Assembly: GCF_009914755.1 (NCBI RefSeq)
Contig: NC_060938.1
Strand: one strand, 5' to 3'
Length of the DNA: 64,000 nucleotides
Source: the human T2T-CHM13v2.0 reference genome, Homo sapiens
Shown: one piece after another, positions 28,359 to 42,283 of the stretch
How the letters are laid out: the number at the start of each line of letters is the position of its first letter
How positions within the stretch are numbered: position 1 is the stretch's first letter
Notes under the pieces: generated by a model
The model's input: the letters and a program-made list of their open reading frames with translations, nothing else
Told to the model about the DNA's origin: nothing
The model's database searches: none
Position numbers and translations under genes: made by a program

Positions 28359-30861
28359 AAAGAAAGAGGTGGTGACTTCTGGGTCACGGCCATGGCATTT
28401 GTAAACTGTCATGGCACCAGCGGAGTGTCTTATGCTAATGAGCAATGAGGGCAGCTAAGAATCACTTTGATCACCATCTGCTGGTTTGGGTCAGTTTCTT
28501 CACTTTATCGTGTCTAGACCAGATTCTGTTTTGGTCAACAGGGCTCTGACCAGAATACAAATCCCGTCTTTTTCACTCTTACTTTTTTTTTTAATGTGTA
28601 CATTCTAGGAATATTTAGTACAGTTAAATTCTTACTAATTTTTTTAAAGTAAATATTTTGTGCTTTATTGGATCTTTTTTCTTGCAAAACTGGAACAGAG
28701 AAAAAAATCATTTCTAAGTTAACAGTTTCGGTTCTTAGGTAAGAAAAAATAAATACTTCAAACTTTTGGTACGCACTGAAGAGTTAGACTTTTTAAGTAT
28801 ATCAATACAGAAATGTATGTATATTTTAAAAATAATTTATATATTTTTAACGGTTAGATGTCTCTTTGGAAAAATTAAAGTGGCCATATGTTAATTTTCA
28901 AAATATACTTTGTCCTCTCCCTAACATTATCACTATCTAAAAATAATTTTAACATAATTGAATTAGACATTTTGGTTTTATCAGTCATAATTTAAACTTC
29001 TTATAATTTCTACATTAATTATGTCAACTTGTTTTGACTTGTAACTAAAATTAAGCAAGTCTCTAATTTTAGGTTAGATTATAGTTAAGATTTATCAACT
29101 CAAGTTGACAATTTATGCCAATGTAAAGTCTAAATTATAGTAACATAAATTTATGACAACAAAAGGTCTAAATTATTCAAAACAAATTTCAAATATGAAA
29201 TAACATCTAAACATTTTAATAGTTGGGAACTCAGCAACTATATGTATATTTTCATATAAAATTGCTTCAAGATATGCTCAAACCTGAAATGAAATACAAT
29301 AAAACATTGGAAAGACATAGAATAAGAAGATTGAAAGTCAACACTGGAGCCAGTTCATAATAAAGAAAATTTTAGAAAATTTTAAATTATATTTGCATAT
29401 TTTATTATAATACTGTACATAAATATCAACAACCACTTTGGAAAGAGAAAATAAGGAAGGTATAAAATAATAAAGTAAGAACAAGAATATATAACACCAT
29501 TAAAAAGATACAGAAGTTGATTTAAGAGATGAGAAGATAAAGTAAAAGTTTTGTTAATTATAGTGCTTATAGTGCTGTACACAGTACAATCCAAAAGTTA
29601 CTACTACAATGTTAATTCTAAAATTAAGAAATGTTTTAACAAATGCTTTAAAACTTGGATGTGAACACTAATAGAAAAAAGCCAAATACATAATTTTTAA
29701 AACGCTAGATATAGCTTTAGCAGAGAAAACATGCCATATATTAGAAATCATAAAAAGATGTCAAAATCTAAATGTCATAGCTACAAAAAAGTTAAATACC
29801 TAGAAATACATTTAACAAAGAAGATGAAAGATCTCTACAAGGCAAACTATAAAGCACTGATGAAAAAATTGCAGATGACACAAACAAATGGAAAACATTC
29901 CATGCTCATAGATTAAAAGAATCAGTATTATTAAAAGTGACCATATTTTTCAAAGCAATCTACAGATTCAATGCAATTTCTATTAAATTACCATTGACAT
30001 TTTTTCACAAAATTAAAAAAAGAATATTAAATTTCTATGGAACCAAAAAAAAAAAGCCCAAAATAATCAAAGCAATCCTGAGCAAGAAGAATAAAATTGG
30101 AAACATAACAATACCTGACTTTACATTATACTACCAGCCTATAGTAACCAAAACTGTTACTGGTACAAAAGTAGACACATAGATCAATGGAACATAATGG
30201 AGCAAAACCAGAAATAAAGCTACGTATGTACAACCAAATAATCTCTGACAAAGTCGACAAAAATGTACACTGGGGAAAGAGCATCCTTTACACTAAATGG
30301 TGGTGGGAAAACTGGATAGCCATATGCAGAAAAATGAAGTGGACCCATATCTCTCACCATATACAGAAATTAACTAAGATTGATTAAATACCTAAACGTA
30401 AGAACTGAAATTATAAGAATTCTATAAGAAAACCTGGAAAAAATCTCTTCTGGGTATTGGCCTAGGCAGAAAAAATTATGACAAAGTCTTCAAAAACAAA
30501 TGCAACAGAAACAAAAATAGACAAAGGAGACTTACTTAAACTAAAAAGCTTCTGCCCAGCAAAAGAAATAACCAATGGAGTAAACATATAACCTACAGAA
30601 TGGGAGAAAATATATGCCAACTATGCATCTCACAAAAGACAATATCAACAATCTACAAGGAATTCAAACAATAAGAAAAAACAAAAACAACCCTATTAAA
30701 AAGTGGGAAAAGGCTATTAACAGACATTTTCTAAAGAATCATACAGCAGCCAACAAACATATGGAAAAATGCTGAACGTCATTAATAATCACAGATTTGC
30801 AAAATTAAAACACAATGTGATATCTCACACCAATCAGAATGGCTATTACTTAAAAGGTTAA

Positions 30862-31157
<296 letters not shown>

Positions 31158-31446
31158 TAGTTAAAAACAGCAGATATTGGCAAGGCTACAGAGAAAAGGG
31201 AACACTTATACACTTTTGTTAGGAATTTAAATTACTATCACTTCTATGAAAAACAGTATAGATTTTTCATGGAATAAAAATAGAACTACCATTCAATCCA
31301 GGAATCCCACTCCTGGGTAGCTACCCAAAGGAAAAGAAATTATTATATCAAAAAAAATTGGTACTCATATTTATTGCAGCTTATAATAGCAAAGTCATGG
31401 AATCAACCTATGTGTCCATCAATGGATAATTAAAGAAAATATGGTA

Positions 31447-31860
31447 TGTATATATTATATATACACATATATATGAGATATATGCATATGTATATATTAT
31501 ATATACACATATATATGAGATATATGCATATGTATATATTATATATACACATATATATGAGGTATATGCATATGTATATATTATATATACACATATATAT
31601 GAGATATATGCATATGTATATATTATATATACACATATATATGAGATATATGCATATGTATATATTATATATACATATATATGAGATACATGCATATGTA
31701 TATATGAGAGATAAATATGTACACATATATACTCCATATATATATTCTATGTATATGTGTGTTTGTGTATATATATATCCCATATGTGGGTATATTATAT
31801 ATATGTATGTGTGTGTGTATATATATACACAGACATATACACACAGACACACACATATAC
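31447..31860. repeat. AT-rich 42-bp minisatellite (~6 copies) grading into (TA/CA/TG)n
   Basis: Unit tgtatatattatatatacacatatatatgagatatatgcata; gives the 14-aa periodicity in the overlapping ORFs. Confidence 0.95.
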
Positions 31861-32306
31861 ACGCTATGGAATATCATGCAGTCATATAAAAATGACATCA
31901 CGTCATTTGTAGCAATACTGGTAGAGCTGGAAGTCATTATCCTAAATAAAATAACTAAGAAACAGAAATTCAAATACCACATGTTCTTACATATAAATAG
32001 GAGCTAAATAATGAGTGCACATAGTCATATAGAGTGAAATAGTCTTGGGACTCTGAAATGGGGGAGGCTAGGCGGAAGGCAAGGGTTGAAAAATTACCTA
32101 TTAGGTACAATGTTCACCATTTGGGTGATGTGTACACTAAAAGCCCAGGTTTCACTAATACATAATATATCTGTGGAACAAAGCTGTATTTGTACCACCT
32201 AAATTTATAAATATAAAAATGTTAAAAAAGTATAAATAAAAATTTATAATCAATTATTGAATGTAATAAAAGATTAAAATGAAATAAGTAGTATAGGCTA
32301 ATTCTG

Positions 32307-32355
32307 GGCCAGGGTATGGTGGCTCGTACCTCTCATCCAGCACTTTGGGAGACCA
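32307..32355 (+). mobile_element. Alu left-arm 5' fragment
   Basis: ggccagggtatggtggctcgtacctctcatccagcactttgggagacc. Confidence 0.75.
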
Positions 32356-32910
32356 AAATGACAAAACACACAAAATGACTCCCGAAGTGATAAATTGTTA
32401 AAAAAGCATTATAACAAGAAAACACAAACTATAAATATTGAAACTGAAAAACAGGTATTAAACAAGTCAGATATAATAGAAACCTATGGAAAATATTGAA
32501 ATTTTGCTTTCAAATATTTTTAACTATTTTAAGGAAGAAAATAATTAAGATGAAAGAACACTGAGGTTTCATAGTTGAAAAATATCTATTCAAAAAAGAT
32601 TAAGAATTAGAAAACAAATTAACACAAAAAAATGAATAATTTTTGTTGAATTAGCTGAATAAAATTAAGGGTGGTTAACTTAATATATTAATTTCAGATT
32701 TTCACTTCCTCATTTAATAAAATTGAAGAAAATTATAGAAGCTTATGCAATAAAATTTAACAAGTTTAATTTAATTTATAAAAATGTAAATCTGGATACC
32801 AAATAAGTTTATTTTCTTTCAGATTATCCAATCATTATAAAATAATTGATAATATCAAAAATTCAATTTTATAATTTTAAAATTATAATTTGCATAGATT
32901 ATTTATATGA

Positions 32911-33210
32911 TTTTTTTGTTTGTTTTTTTTTTTTAGAACAGGTTCCCACTCTGTTACCCAGGCTGAAGAGCAGTGGTGTAATCATGCTCACTGCAACATT
33001 GACCTTCTAGGCTCAAGAGATTCTCCCGCATCAGCCTTCTGAGTAGCCTGAAGTAAAGGTGAACACCACTGTGCCCAGCTAATTTTTTTAATTTTTAGTA
33101 GATACAAGGTGTCACTCTGTTATACTGCTCTTGAACTCCTGGGTTCAAGCAATCCTCTCACCTCAACCTCCCATAGCGCTGAGATTTACAGGCTGAGCCA
33201 TCACACCTGA
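32911..33210 (-). mobile_element. AluJ (Jo/Jr-like)
   Basis: ctctgttacccaggctgaagagcagtggtgtaatcatgctcactgcaacattgaccttctaggctcaag. Confidence 0.9.
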
Positions 33211-33357
33211 ACTAGATTATATTCTAATCAATATGCTATTACAATAGAAACTAATAACTACAAATAACTCATGATTATTTTAATAGGCTGTACTAAACCA
33301 TTTTATATTTGAAATAAATAATTTTATTGGGAACCCATTTTAAAATTAATAACAATG

Positions 33358-33652
33358 GGCCGGGCACGGTGGCTCACGCCTGTAATCCCAGCACTTTGGG
33401 AGGCCAAGGTGGGCGGATCACGAGGTCAGGAGATCGAGACCATCTTGCCTAACACGGTGAAACCCTGTCTCTACTGAAACACAAAAAATTAGCCCAGCGC
33501 GGTGGCGGGCACCTGTAATCCCAGCTACTCAGGAGGCTGAGGCAGGAGAATGGCATGAACCCGGGAGGCGGAGCTTTCAGTGAGCCGAGATAGCGCCACT
33601 GCAGTCCGGCCTGGGCGAAAGAGCGAGACTCTGTCTCAAAAAAAAAAAAAAA
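33358..33652 (+). mobile_element. AluY (AluYk-like variant)
   Basis: ggatcacgaggtcaggagatcgagaccatc; gagatagcgccactgcagtccggcctgggcgaaagagcgagac; TSD aattaataacaatg. Confidence 0.95.
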
Positions 33653-35899
33653 TTAATTAATTAATAACAATGGAACCTAGAGCTAAAGACATTGTGAAAA
33701 ACTCTTACAATGCTGAAAGAAACTTATTTCTAAAATAGCATTAACATGTGTTATTCAGACATGTGCCTTGAGTCTATAGAAAGTATATATAAACTCAAAA
33801 GATGGTAAATGAACTAAGCTTTATCTAGTTTTATATAGTTTTCTTCAGTCACATTGCTTCTGCAGAAGTAAAGAATAATAGAATACTTCAGGCAATCTAA
33901 CCGTGGACTGGCAGTAATTTCACAGTGTGTATTTTAAATATCATAGAAGAGTACTGAGAATTAGCAATTGCTAAGATAAGCATCATGGCAGAGAGACCGG
34001 CAAATTTATTTGCAGTTTACAAACCTAGCATGGATGTTTTCTTTCAGTTTGTAGAATTGGCAACTTGGAAGATATGAGAGCCTTCCTACAGCCATGTCAT
34101 GCAGTTGCTGAAACACCAAGTTCTGCCAGTGTTCCCTATCAGAGATTAATCTTAGAGAACAGGAAAGGTGCCAACTGTGAGATTTTATTAGAATGGAAAT
34201 TTGAATTAGCTGAAGACAAAGAATTATACCATTCCATACAATGTTATGTCTTAAACAATAATGTCACTTCTGCTAAAGCCCTGTTTGAGCAGTGAAAGCA
34301 AAGAATACAACGTTTAATTATCTGTTTCTAAAGCATTACGCAGTTTTGCTGAGGAAGACTGGAGCGTCTGTCTCTTTCAGTGAAACTCCTGAAAGCTCTG
34401 GGTTTTATGTAAAGCAGCTAAAGAAATCAAATAAATAGCCTTTGTGAAATGATCCAGGATAACTTTGTATTTAGTTAGTAATTGTATTGAAAATGCTACA
34501 AAAAATGTATTTGTCAGGGAAAAAAAGTAAAACGAATATTAAAATGAAAAAAGAAGCATAACAAAATATTCCAATAATCAAGAAATATGTTAGAAAGTTT
34601 GTCAAGAAACTCTTAGTTTTCATTTGTTATTCCTACTCTATTTTTGAAAGAGGGCTTTTAGTGTTTTTTTTTAATCTTTAGCATTCTGAAACTTAATCCT
34701 ATTTTTTTCTTGATCTTCTATTAGCACTCAACTTTGATCATAGAACTGTGCTTTTCTCCAGTTCTCTGAAATGTTCTTAAATAATTAGTTTTTCGTGTCT
34801 TTCTGTCCAGGTATTCATTCTGTGCTTTCTCTTCTATTCTATTCTACTCTATCCATTCTAGTCCTTCTAGGTTTTCTAGGCCTATTTATTTATAGGCCTT
34901 AAATCTTATGCTCTAATTCATATTTTCAGTTCTGGAAGTTTTGAGGGAATTATATAATTTGTTTTATTCATATTGTCATATCAGGGAATGCACTCCAAAA
35001 ATGTTGGGTAATTCCTACTAAGAGATGAAGAGAATATGCTTAGAACAGTTCTACTTTGAAAATCTTTAATACTTCTATTTCATTACAAAATCAATGATAC
35101 TACTTGAAATACAGTCATTTACTTCCTGATAAATTTTACTGTGTTTGTGACATTTATTCAAATAAATATTTCAGTGGGCATTTTCCTGTTGTTATATGTG
35201 TGCAACTGCAAGCTCTCTTGGAAGAAAAAAAAAACAGAAAATCCTTTACAAATCTATGCTTCATTGCTGCAGGATGATTAACTACTCCTATTGCTTAAGA
35301 AGTAAAATCAGTCTTCCTTTCAAAATAATCAGTAGATTAGATTAGTGTCAATTGAAATTCAGAAATGACTAGAAGTATGTCACTAAAAGTGCACTTTAAA
35401 AATCATTATTATATAAATGAATACAGTATAGTCGTCTGTTTTGCAAAGCCATCATCCTCACTTTGAAATATTGTCTATTTCATTTTACTTTTAATTGATG
35501 TCATCACAACTCAGGCTTTGGCATAATCTGCCAGTTAGTAATAAATGCAAGTATGTTTTGAAGCTCAAAATTTTTACATGAGCTGGAAATGATAAAACAG
35601 TTTGTTATACATTTTATTTATCAAATAACAATGACTTAAGAGTTAATCTGTAAGCACGTAACAGAAAATATACAGACAATTCTACCTTTATATTTGGAAT
35701 CCATTGGCAACAAATTTTCAGATAATACATGTGAACATTCTGTGAGGCACCACATCTTACTGAAGATATCATTGAAATACAACAGAAATACTGTGAGAAT
35801 TTTCACTGAATACTACACTAGAAAATACTGGAAGGGTCATAATATAAAACAAAATGCTAAGTATTATCATTAAAAATAATAAGAAAGTAATTCTAATTT

Positions 35900-36500
35900 T
35901 GTTCATAATGGCATAACTGCTACAGGACTTTCTCTACCCAGTAAACAACAAGATAACCTAAAATAAAAATAAATAAATAAAAACAATATTTTTGACTTTA
36001 AACAACAGAGCAAAACAGTTATCTATGAAAATGGAAAGAAGATGAGTTCTGCAGTCATGTCACTTACTGCATAGAGACACTTTCCAGAGCATGGTGCAGG
36101 CACAAGAAGTGGAAAAGCAAGTAGACTATTACAACCTTCCTGAATGGAGGAGATGGAGATTGTTGTTGGGAGAGGCTGAGGTAGCTTGAATGTGTAAAAT
36201 AGAGAACCACAGAGAGGAAACAAAGTAGCTCCAGAAATATACATAAGACTACACCTGAGATTTTTTTGGCTGAGGACTAAACTCCTCATTCACAGCATGA
36301 GATCCTATGAAGGTAAGCAAGAACAACTATTGGAGTGAAAGCTGATACTGCAAAACTATAAGTGGAGAGATCCTATGAAGGTAAGCAAGAACAACTATTG
36401 GAGTGAAAGCTGATACTGCAAAACTATAAGTGGAAAAATAAGCAGAATCACACACGAGGGATATTTTTTCAGTTCTGATCAACCAAGGTAGATAAACTTT
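35900..36500 (+). mobile_element. Old L1M 5'UTR-like fragment containing a 68-bp tandem duplication
   Basis: atggcataactgctacaggactttctc...agctccagaaatatacataag...tttttggctgaggactaaac resembles L1M 5' ends. Confidence 0.5.
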
Positions 36501-36529
36501 ACTTAATAACTAGAAATCAATAAAGGGCG

Positions 36530-37212
<683 letters not shown>

Positions 37213-37221
37213 GGCAACAAC

Positions 37222-37430
37222 CGTTGACTCAAATAGGGATACTGAGCAATTAGGCACATTAGTAAAGTCAGTAATTGGGATTATTACAGGATTATTTGTT
37301 CTGCCAATGGATCCGGCTGGGGAAAGGCAACATATCGAGCATTCAGTTAGGTTGCCTGCAGATGCAAGAGACTGAGAGAGGTCTATCAAGGCATTATCTC
37401 CCCCATGAACAGGAAGACATGGCAAGGGGA
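37222..37430 (-). pseudogene. ERV1 env N-terminal remnant
   Basis: DNALIDLSQSLASAGNLTECSICC resembles the gamma-type env SU N-terminus (N-L-T/S-x-C-W-I-C); lies immediately downstream of the integrase remnant. Confidence 0.7.
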
Positions 37431-37759
37431 GTAAAGAAAGGAAGAGGAAGAAATACAGTATGATATAGGAAAAGGGTATTATAAGGAGTTCATCTAGTCA
37501 ATGAGTCCCATCATTTTATAAAAACTTATACATGTCTAAATATTGAAGTACGTGGAACTACTCTTGTTTGATGTAAGATTTTCAGGGCACATAAGATTCT
37601 CAAAGCTATAATAATAAAAACAATTATAAAGTAAACCTAAGGGCTAGGCCTGTTTGTCTAAAACAGGGAAGAGGTTATACAGGTCTAGTCTGGTATCTTG
37701 GGAAAAAGTAGTCCACCTCATATGTCATCTTTATCCCATTGGAGTGACTATACTTTGAT

Positions 37760-40010
37760 TAACTTGAGCTTGGTGTTGGTGACATTTTCAGAGACTAATT
37801 TGGTGGAGGAATCAGGAGCCTTTTCTAAATAAGAGATAAAAATCCATGAGTCAATGCCTTGTAACTTAGCAGCACATGGATTGGCTAAAAGTACCTGACA
37901 GAGTCTCCACTAGCAAGGTGCTGAAGGGAATTTTTAAGTTGGTTCCTTTTCCATTACACAAAGTCCCCAGGCCTGAGGTTTTGTTTGTTTGTTTTTGTTT
38001 TGTTTTGTTTGTTTTTGAAACGGAGTTTTGCTCTGTTGCCCAGGCTGGAGTGCAGTGGCAAGATCTAGGCTTACCGCAAGCTCCACCTCCCAGGTTCACG
38101 CCATTCTCCTGCCTCAGCCTCCCGAGTAGCTGGGACTATAGGCATCCGCCACCAAGCCTGGCTAATTTTTTGTATTTTTAGTAGAGACGGGGTTTCACCG
38201 TGTTAGCCAGGATGGTCTCGATCTCCTGACCTCGTGATCTGCCCGCCTCGGCATCCCAAAGTGCTGGGATTACAGGCGTGAGCCACCGTGCCCAACCAGG
38301 CCTGAGGTTTTATAGGACATTCTCTGTTCCCAGAGAGAATACTGTTGAAGGAATCTTTGACAAGGTTAGTGTTATGTTGTAGGATATTAATCAGCTCCTT
38401 GAAGTAATGTATATCTTGTTTGATGAGCACTGGCTGGTAAAGTCTTTCATCTAGATGCCAGAAATGAGTTTGAAAGGAGATAACTTATGTTTTCCTACAG
38501 AAGTGGCATGAAAGTTAAGGAGAGATAAAGGAAGAGCTTTGGGTCATAGCAGGATAAATGTTGTGCAAACCTTTGTCATGCTTTTATTATTTCTTTGTTC
38601 TGTTCCAAAAGCCCAGAGAACTAAGGGTGATAAGCATAATGGAAATGTTGATAAATAGGTCAAATTTTACAAACGTTTTGAATAATTTGTGTTGTAAAAT
38701 GAGCTCCTTAATCACGCTGAAGCCCTCAAGGAACTCCCAAAGTCAGTATAATTCTTTTGCAGTAGGGGCTTGCCTATTGGAAACTGTCATGGCTGTGGTC
38801 TATTGACAAAGAAAGGCTTCAATCCAATGCAAAAACAGGCAAACCATAACCAGTACATACTGGTATCCTCAAGAGGTGAACCACTAAATAAAATCTGGTT
38901 GACATACCTCAAAAGGTCCATTTGATAAAGGGACGTGGCCCAGGGAGGCATGCGATGGTTTTCCAGGATTGTATTATGAAGAAATTTTACACAGTTGTTA
39001 TACCTGGTGGGTAGTGGTGGGAGAGGAACCTCAATAATATTGCTTACCACATTGAACCATTTCATCCGTGTTTCAATGGGTCAAGTCATGGATAAAAGTT
39101 AAAATTTCCTTCTGCAGCCTATTAGAAAAAAATGGGGTAATAATTGGGGTCTGTACGGAGGCATGAGAAAAACCAAAAGAACAACCTTGTTGAACCAATT
39201 TATCCCACTCTTCCTTTGGGGTGAGAGCCTAGGCTTTGGCCAATCCTTAATAAAACTGGAGAAATAAAGGCAAAGCAGAAATAGGTGAGGGTTTAGTTCT
39301 GATTACTAAGATCTATATCATTTTGGGGGCCACTGCTGACTTGGTGGGAGTATTGGCTAATTTATTTTTTTGTATTTCTACATTTTGGGGTAAAAAATAT
39401 TCCTGAACTTATATAATAGCTGAAGATATTGGAGCTGGAATAACATTGAGAAGCATCAATTTGGGGTTTTTGTTTTCTATTCTCTGCCCAGATCAAATAA
39501 GGAAACCTCTTTATTTTGAGAACACACCAAAGTCATGAGCTGCTGTTAATATAAATACTGGCCATTTTATCCTTGACTAAAAGACATGCTCTAGTAAGAG
39601 CATCCAGTTCTGCCTGTTGCATGGACCTGGTATAAGGAATGAGATCAGGTTCTAACCTCACTAAGGGAGGCAATTGCATATCCTGCTTGGTATTTGCCAT
39701 TGCTTTCTCTTCGGGTATGACCCATCATTTAACCAATTATAATCCATTTTGGCAAGAGAGTCTCTTGAAGATCTAGTCAAAGGGTAAGAAGTTGATCCAT
39801 CAAGGCAACACAGTCGTGGGAAATGCCATCATCTTGAAGGGCAAGTAAAGTGGCAGTATTAAGCAAGTTATATTGGGTGATGGTAAGGAGAGGTGAGGAT
39901 AGAAAATAAACCTCATAATTTGCTTGGTGGATGGCAGAGAGGTGCTAAGTGTGATGTGAATTGAGGAGACCCTCAACAAAATGAGGAACATAGACAGCTA
40001 AACGCAGCTG
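37760..40010 (-). pseudogene. ERV1 (MER4-group-like) pol remnant: tether, RNase H and integrase; disrupted
   Basis: Manual translation: YVPHFVEGLLNSHHT*HLS (tether); QQAELDALTRAC...AHDFG (RNase H); YNPGKP...GPFEVCQPDFI*...GYQYVLVMVCLFLHWIEAF (IN core); GKHKLSPF; [19 protein letters not shown] (IN C-terminus). Confidence 0.88.
37983..38297 (-). mobile_element. AluY inserted in the ERV integrase
   Basis: AluY diagnostics; 14-bp TSD aggcctgaggtttt at 37969-37982 and 38298-38311. Confidence 0.97.
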
Positions 40011-40659
40011 ACTTTGTCTCCAACTGACTTAGAATCCACAAATAATTGAACCATGGTCAATTGTAATGATGTCTATCCACAATAATATCTGGTACATGAA
40101 CAAAAGTCTATTTTGGGGGGAAGACATAACAAATACCTCTGCAAACCTTACTGATTTGTTCTGTAATGCAATTTAAACTTATCATGAGCATACTTCCATA
40201 TTGTATTACATGACATTATTGATAAGATTCAAGTACTTTATTTATATATTCATATGATAATACTGATATGGATGATCAAATGTATTGGGAGATCGACTTA
40301 AAAAGCCTTTCAGGATACTGACAGAAAATGACTGGACTGAGGAAAAACTGGAGTTAGGTAACCATTAGTAATTTTTTATGCCTAATAGTTCTGCATAAAG
40401 TTATCTCAAAGAATAAGTAACTGTAGATGAAAGAAGAGAAACAAGTAATCAAATTTGTACCAAAATATGAAAATACATGTAATGACTTTGTAGCATGGAT
40501 TAGTTGTTTCTTTACCTGTCTCTACCCCACACTGACTACTCCATAAATTCATGCTGGTATTATCTCTGAATCTGTTATATAAATGCCAAAATAAATATAA
40601 GCTTAGAAACTTGATCATCTTGCTCTAAGAGAACATAGACCATGGGATAGGAGGATGTA

Positions 40660-41037
40660 CAGTGAAGAACAGGGTTAATTCAACAGGACTGGGTCGCTCA
40701 AATCCTGCACATACCCCAGAAAGGGCTATCTTCAGGACAGGCCCTTGGCTCAAAGCTCAAACAAGCTTCCCATGTTGGAAACACTTCACATTTCTTGTCA
40801 TGCATCCTTGATAAGAAAATGAAGTGCATCTGTGAGACTTCATTGTGAATGGACAACTGAAAGCTTGTGCTTGGTTTTTCCTGAAATTCAGAACGTGGAT
40901 CTTTTCTTTTGCTAATTTTAATGTGTATCCCTCCAATGTAATAAAACATAGCCATAAATATAATAATTTTTCTAAGTCCAGTGAATTATTCTAGAGCATT
41001 AGTAAACCTAAGGGTGGTCTTGGAGACACTTAACACA
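40660..41037 (+). mobile_element. ERVL-type LTR (MER77-like, internally deleted)
   Basis: acagggttaattcaacaggactgggtcgctcaaatcctgcacat...aaacctaagggtggtcttggagacacttaacaca. Confidence 0.7.
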
Positions 41038-41784
41038 AAATAGAAAGAGTAGGAAAAATACTATTTAAAGTAACTGCACAGTTGATTTGTTAATGGGATA
41101 AGAGAAAGTTCAGGAATAAATGTTGTTTGTATATATAGTTCATTTATTATGTAGTTTCCAAAAGCATATAAAACCCCAATGTATTTGGTAATAAGGGTGT
41201 TTCCTATGAATGCCAACTCAAGCACTATTCATAAAGACTTAGTAAGTGGCATTTATATCTTTTTTGTGTTACGTTCTCTAAATATCTAATGACTACTCTC
41301 AGACATTTGATGTTTCATTTTTTATGGGGCTCTGCTTTTTCTGAAAATATACTAATCCTTCTGGGACCTACTAGACAGTTGACTCACAGAACACCAGAAA
41401 CCTGCAGGCTTCTTCATGGAAAGGGAGAAATCTCTGGTCAGATTTTTTTTTAATTAATGCTTTCTCCAAAGGGTCACTTAAGAACGTTCCTGTTGACTCT
41501 GTCCCCAAATAAAATATATAGGGCTCTTTTTGCATTGTACTTTTCATGCCATATCACATTTCTCACTAATGACAGACATCGTTAAATGATGTTTCCTTAT
41601 TTTTTGTATTTCTAGATATGTTACAAATGTATATGTATATGTGTGCTTGATACATACATATATATATGTACACACACACACACACACGCACATACATATT
41701 TGATATTTTTAGGGGCAAAAAGTACCCTTGTAGGTAAATGTTTTAACAAACAAAATAGACATAGACAGTGACAGTGACAGGCAT

Positions 41785-42215
41785 TGTGGTTTGCTTTAAA
41801 AAGAGCCCTCTTCCCACACTTTTTCCTTTCATAATATAGTGGAGACTGCCTTCCACTATATTATGAAAATGCCAGGCACGTATTTTTTCAGCTATCTCTG
41901 CAGCCAGAATAACAGATACATGATTAAATCTTGGCCAGTGTGAATAATGAGAAAGTGTTAGTGTCATAGATCATATTTCTAAAAAAAATTTAATCTTTGA
42001 TAAAAGAAAATAATGCAAAATAGAGTCCTTTTCTGTCCATTTCAGTATTTAGAAATGCTGATTCATAGAAATGTGGATTGGATATGTTGCAGCCATTTTG
42101 CAACATAAGTGGAAGATCAAAAGAGAAGGTAACCTAAAACTGACATCATTGTTCTGTTAAAAAAATAATAGATTCACTTACTTCTTATTTTCATGTAGAT
42201 TCATATAAAACATTG
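41785..42215 (+). mobile_element. Ancient MaLR/ERVL LTR relic (MLT1J/LTR67B/LTR33-like)
   Basis: tttcagctatctctgcagccaga...catgattaaatcttggccagtg; gttgcagccattttgcaacat. Confidence 0.45.
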
Positions 42216-42283
42216 GTGAGTCTGAGAGACTAAAATAAAGATGCTTAACTAACTATTGTATTAAATGTGTAAATGGTTATTAG

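Larger units (their letters stand above)
26810..28570 (-). mobile_element. ERV1 MER4-group LTR (MER66-like), split by a second LTR, a minisatellite and an L1PA
   Basis: tgatgcaggaaaggcgaaccccacaattagggg...ggctt / cacccaggaaaaaattcaagggtgagctggtg...ccatggcatttgtaaactgtcatggcac. Confidence 0.75.

Noticed and set aside
31408-32007. Repetitive Tyr/Ile-rich ORFs, or a CRISPR-like array
   Set aside because: This is a pure 42-bp tandem repeat with no unique spacers, inside an L1 in a eukaryotic context.
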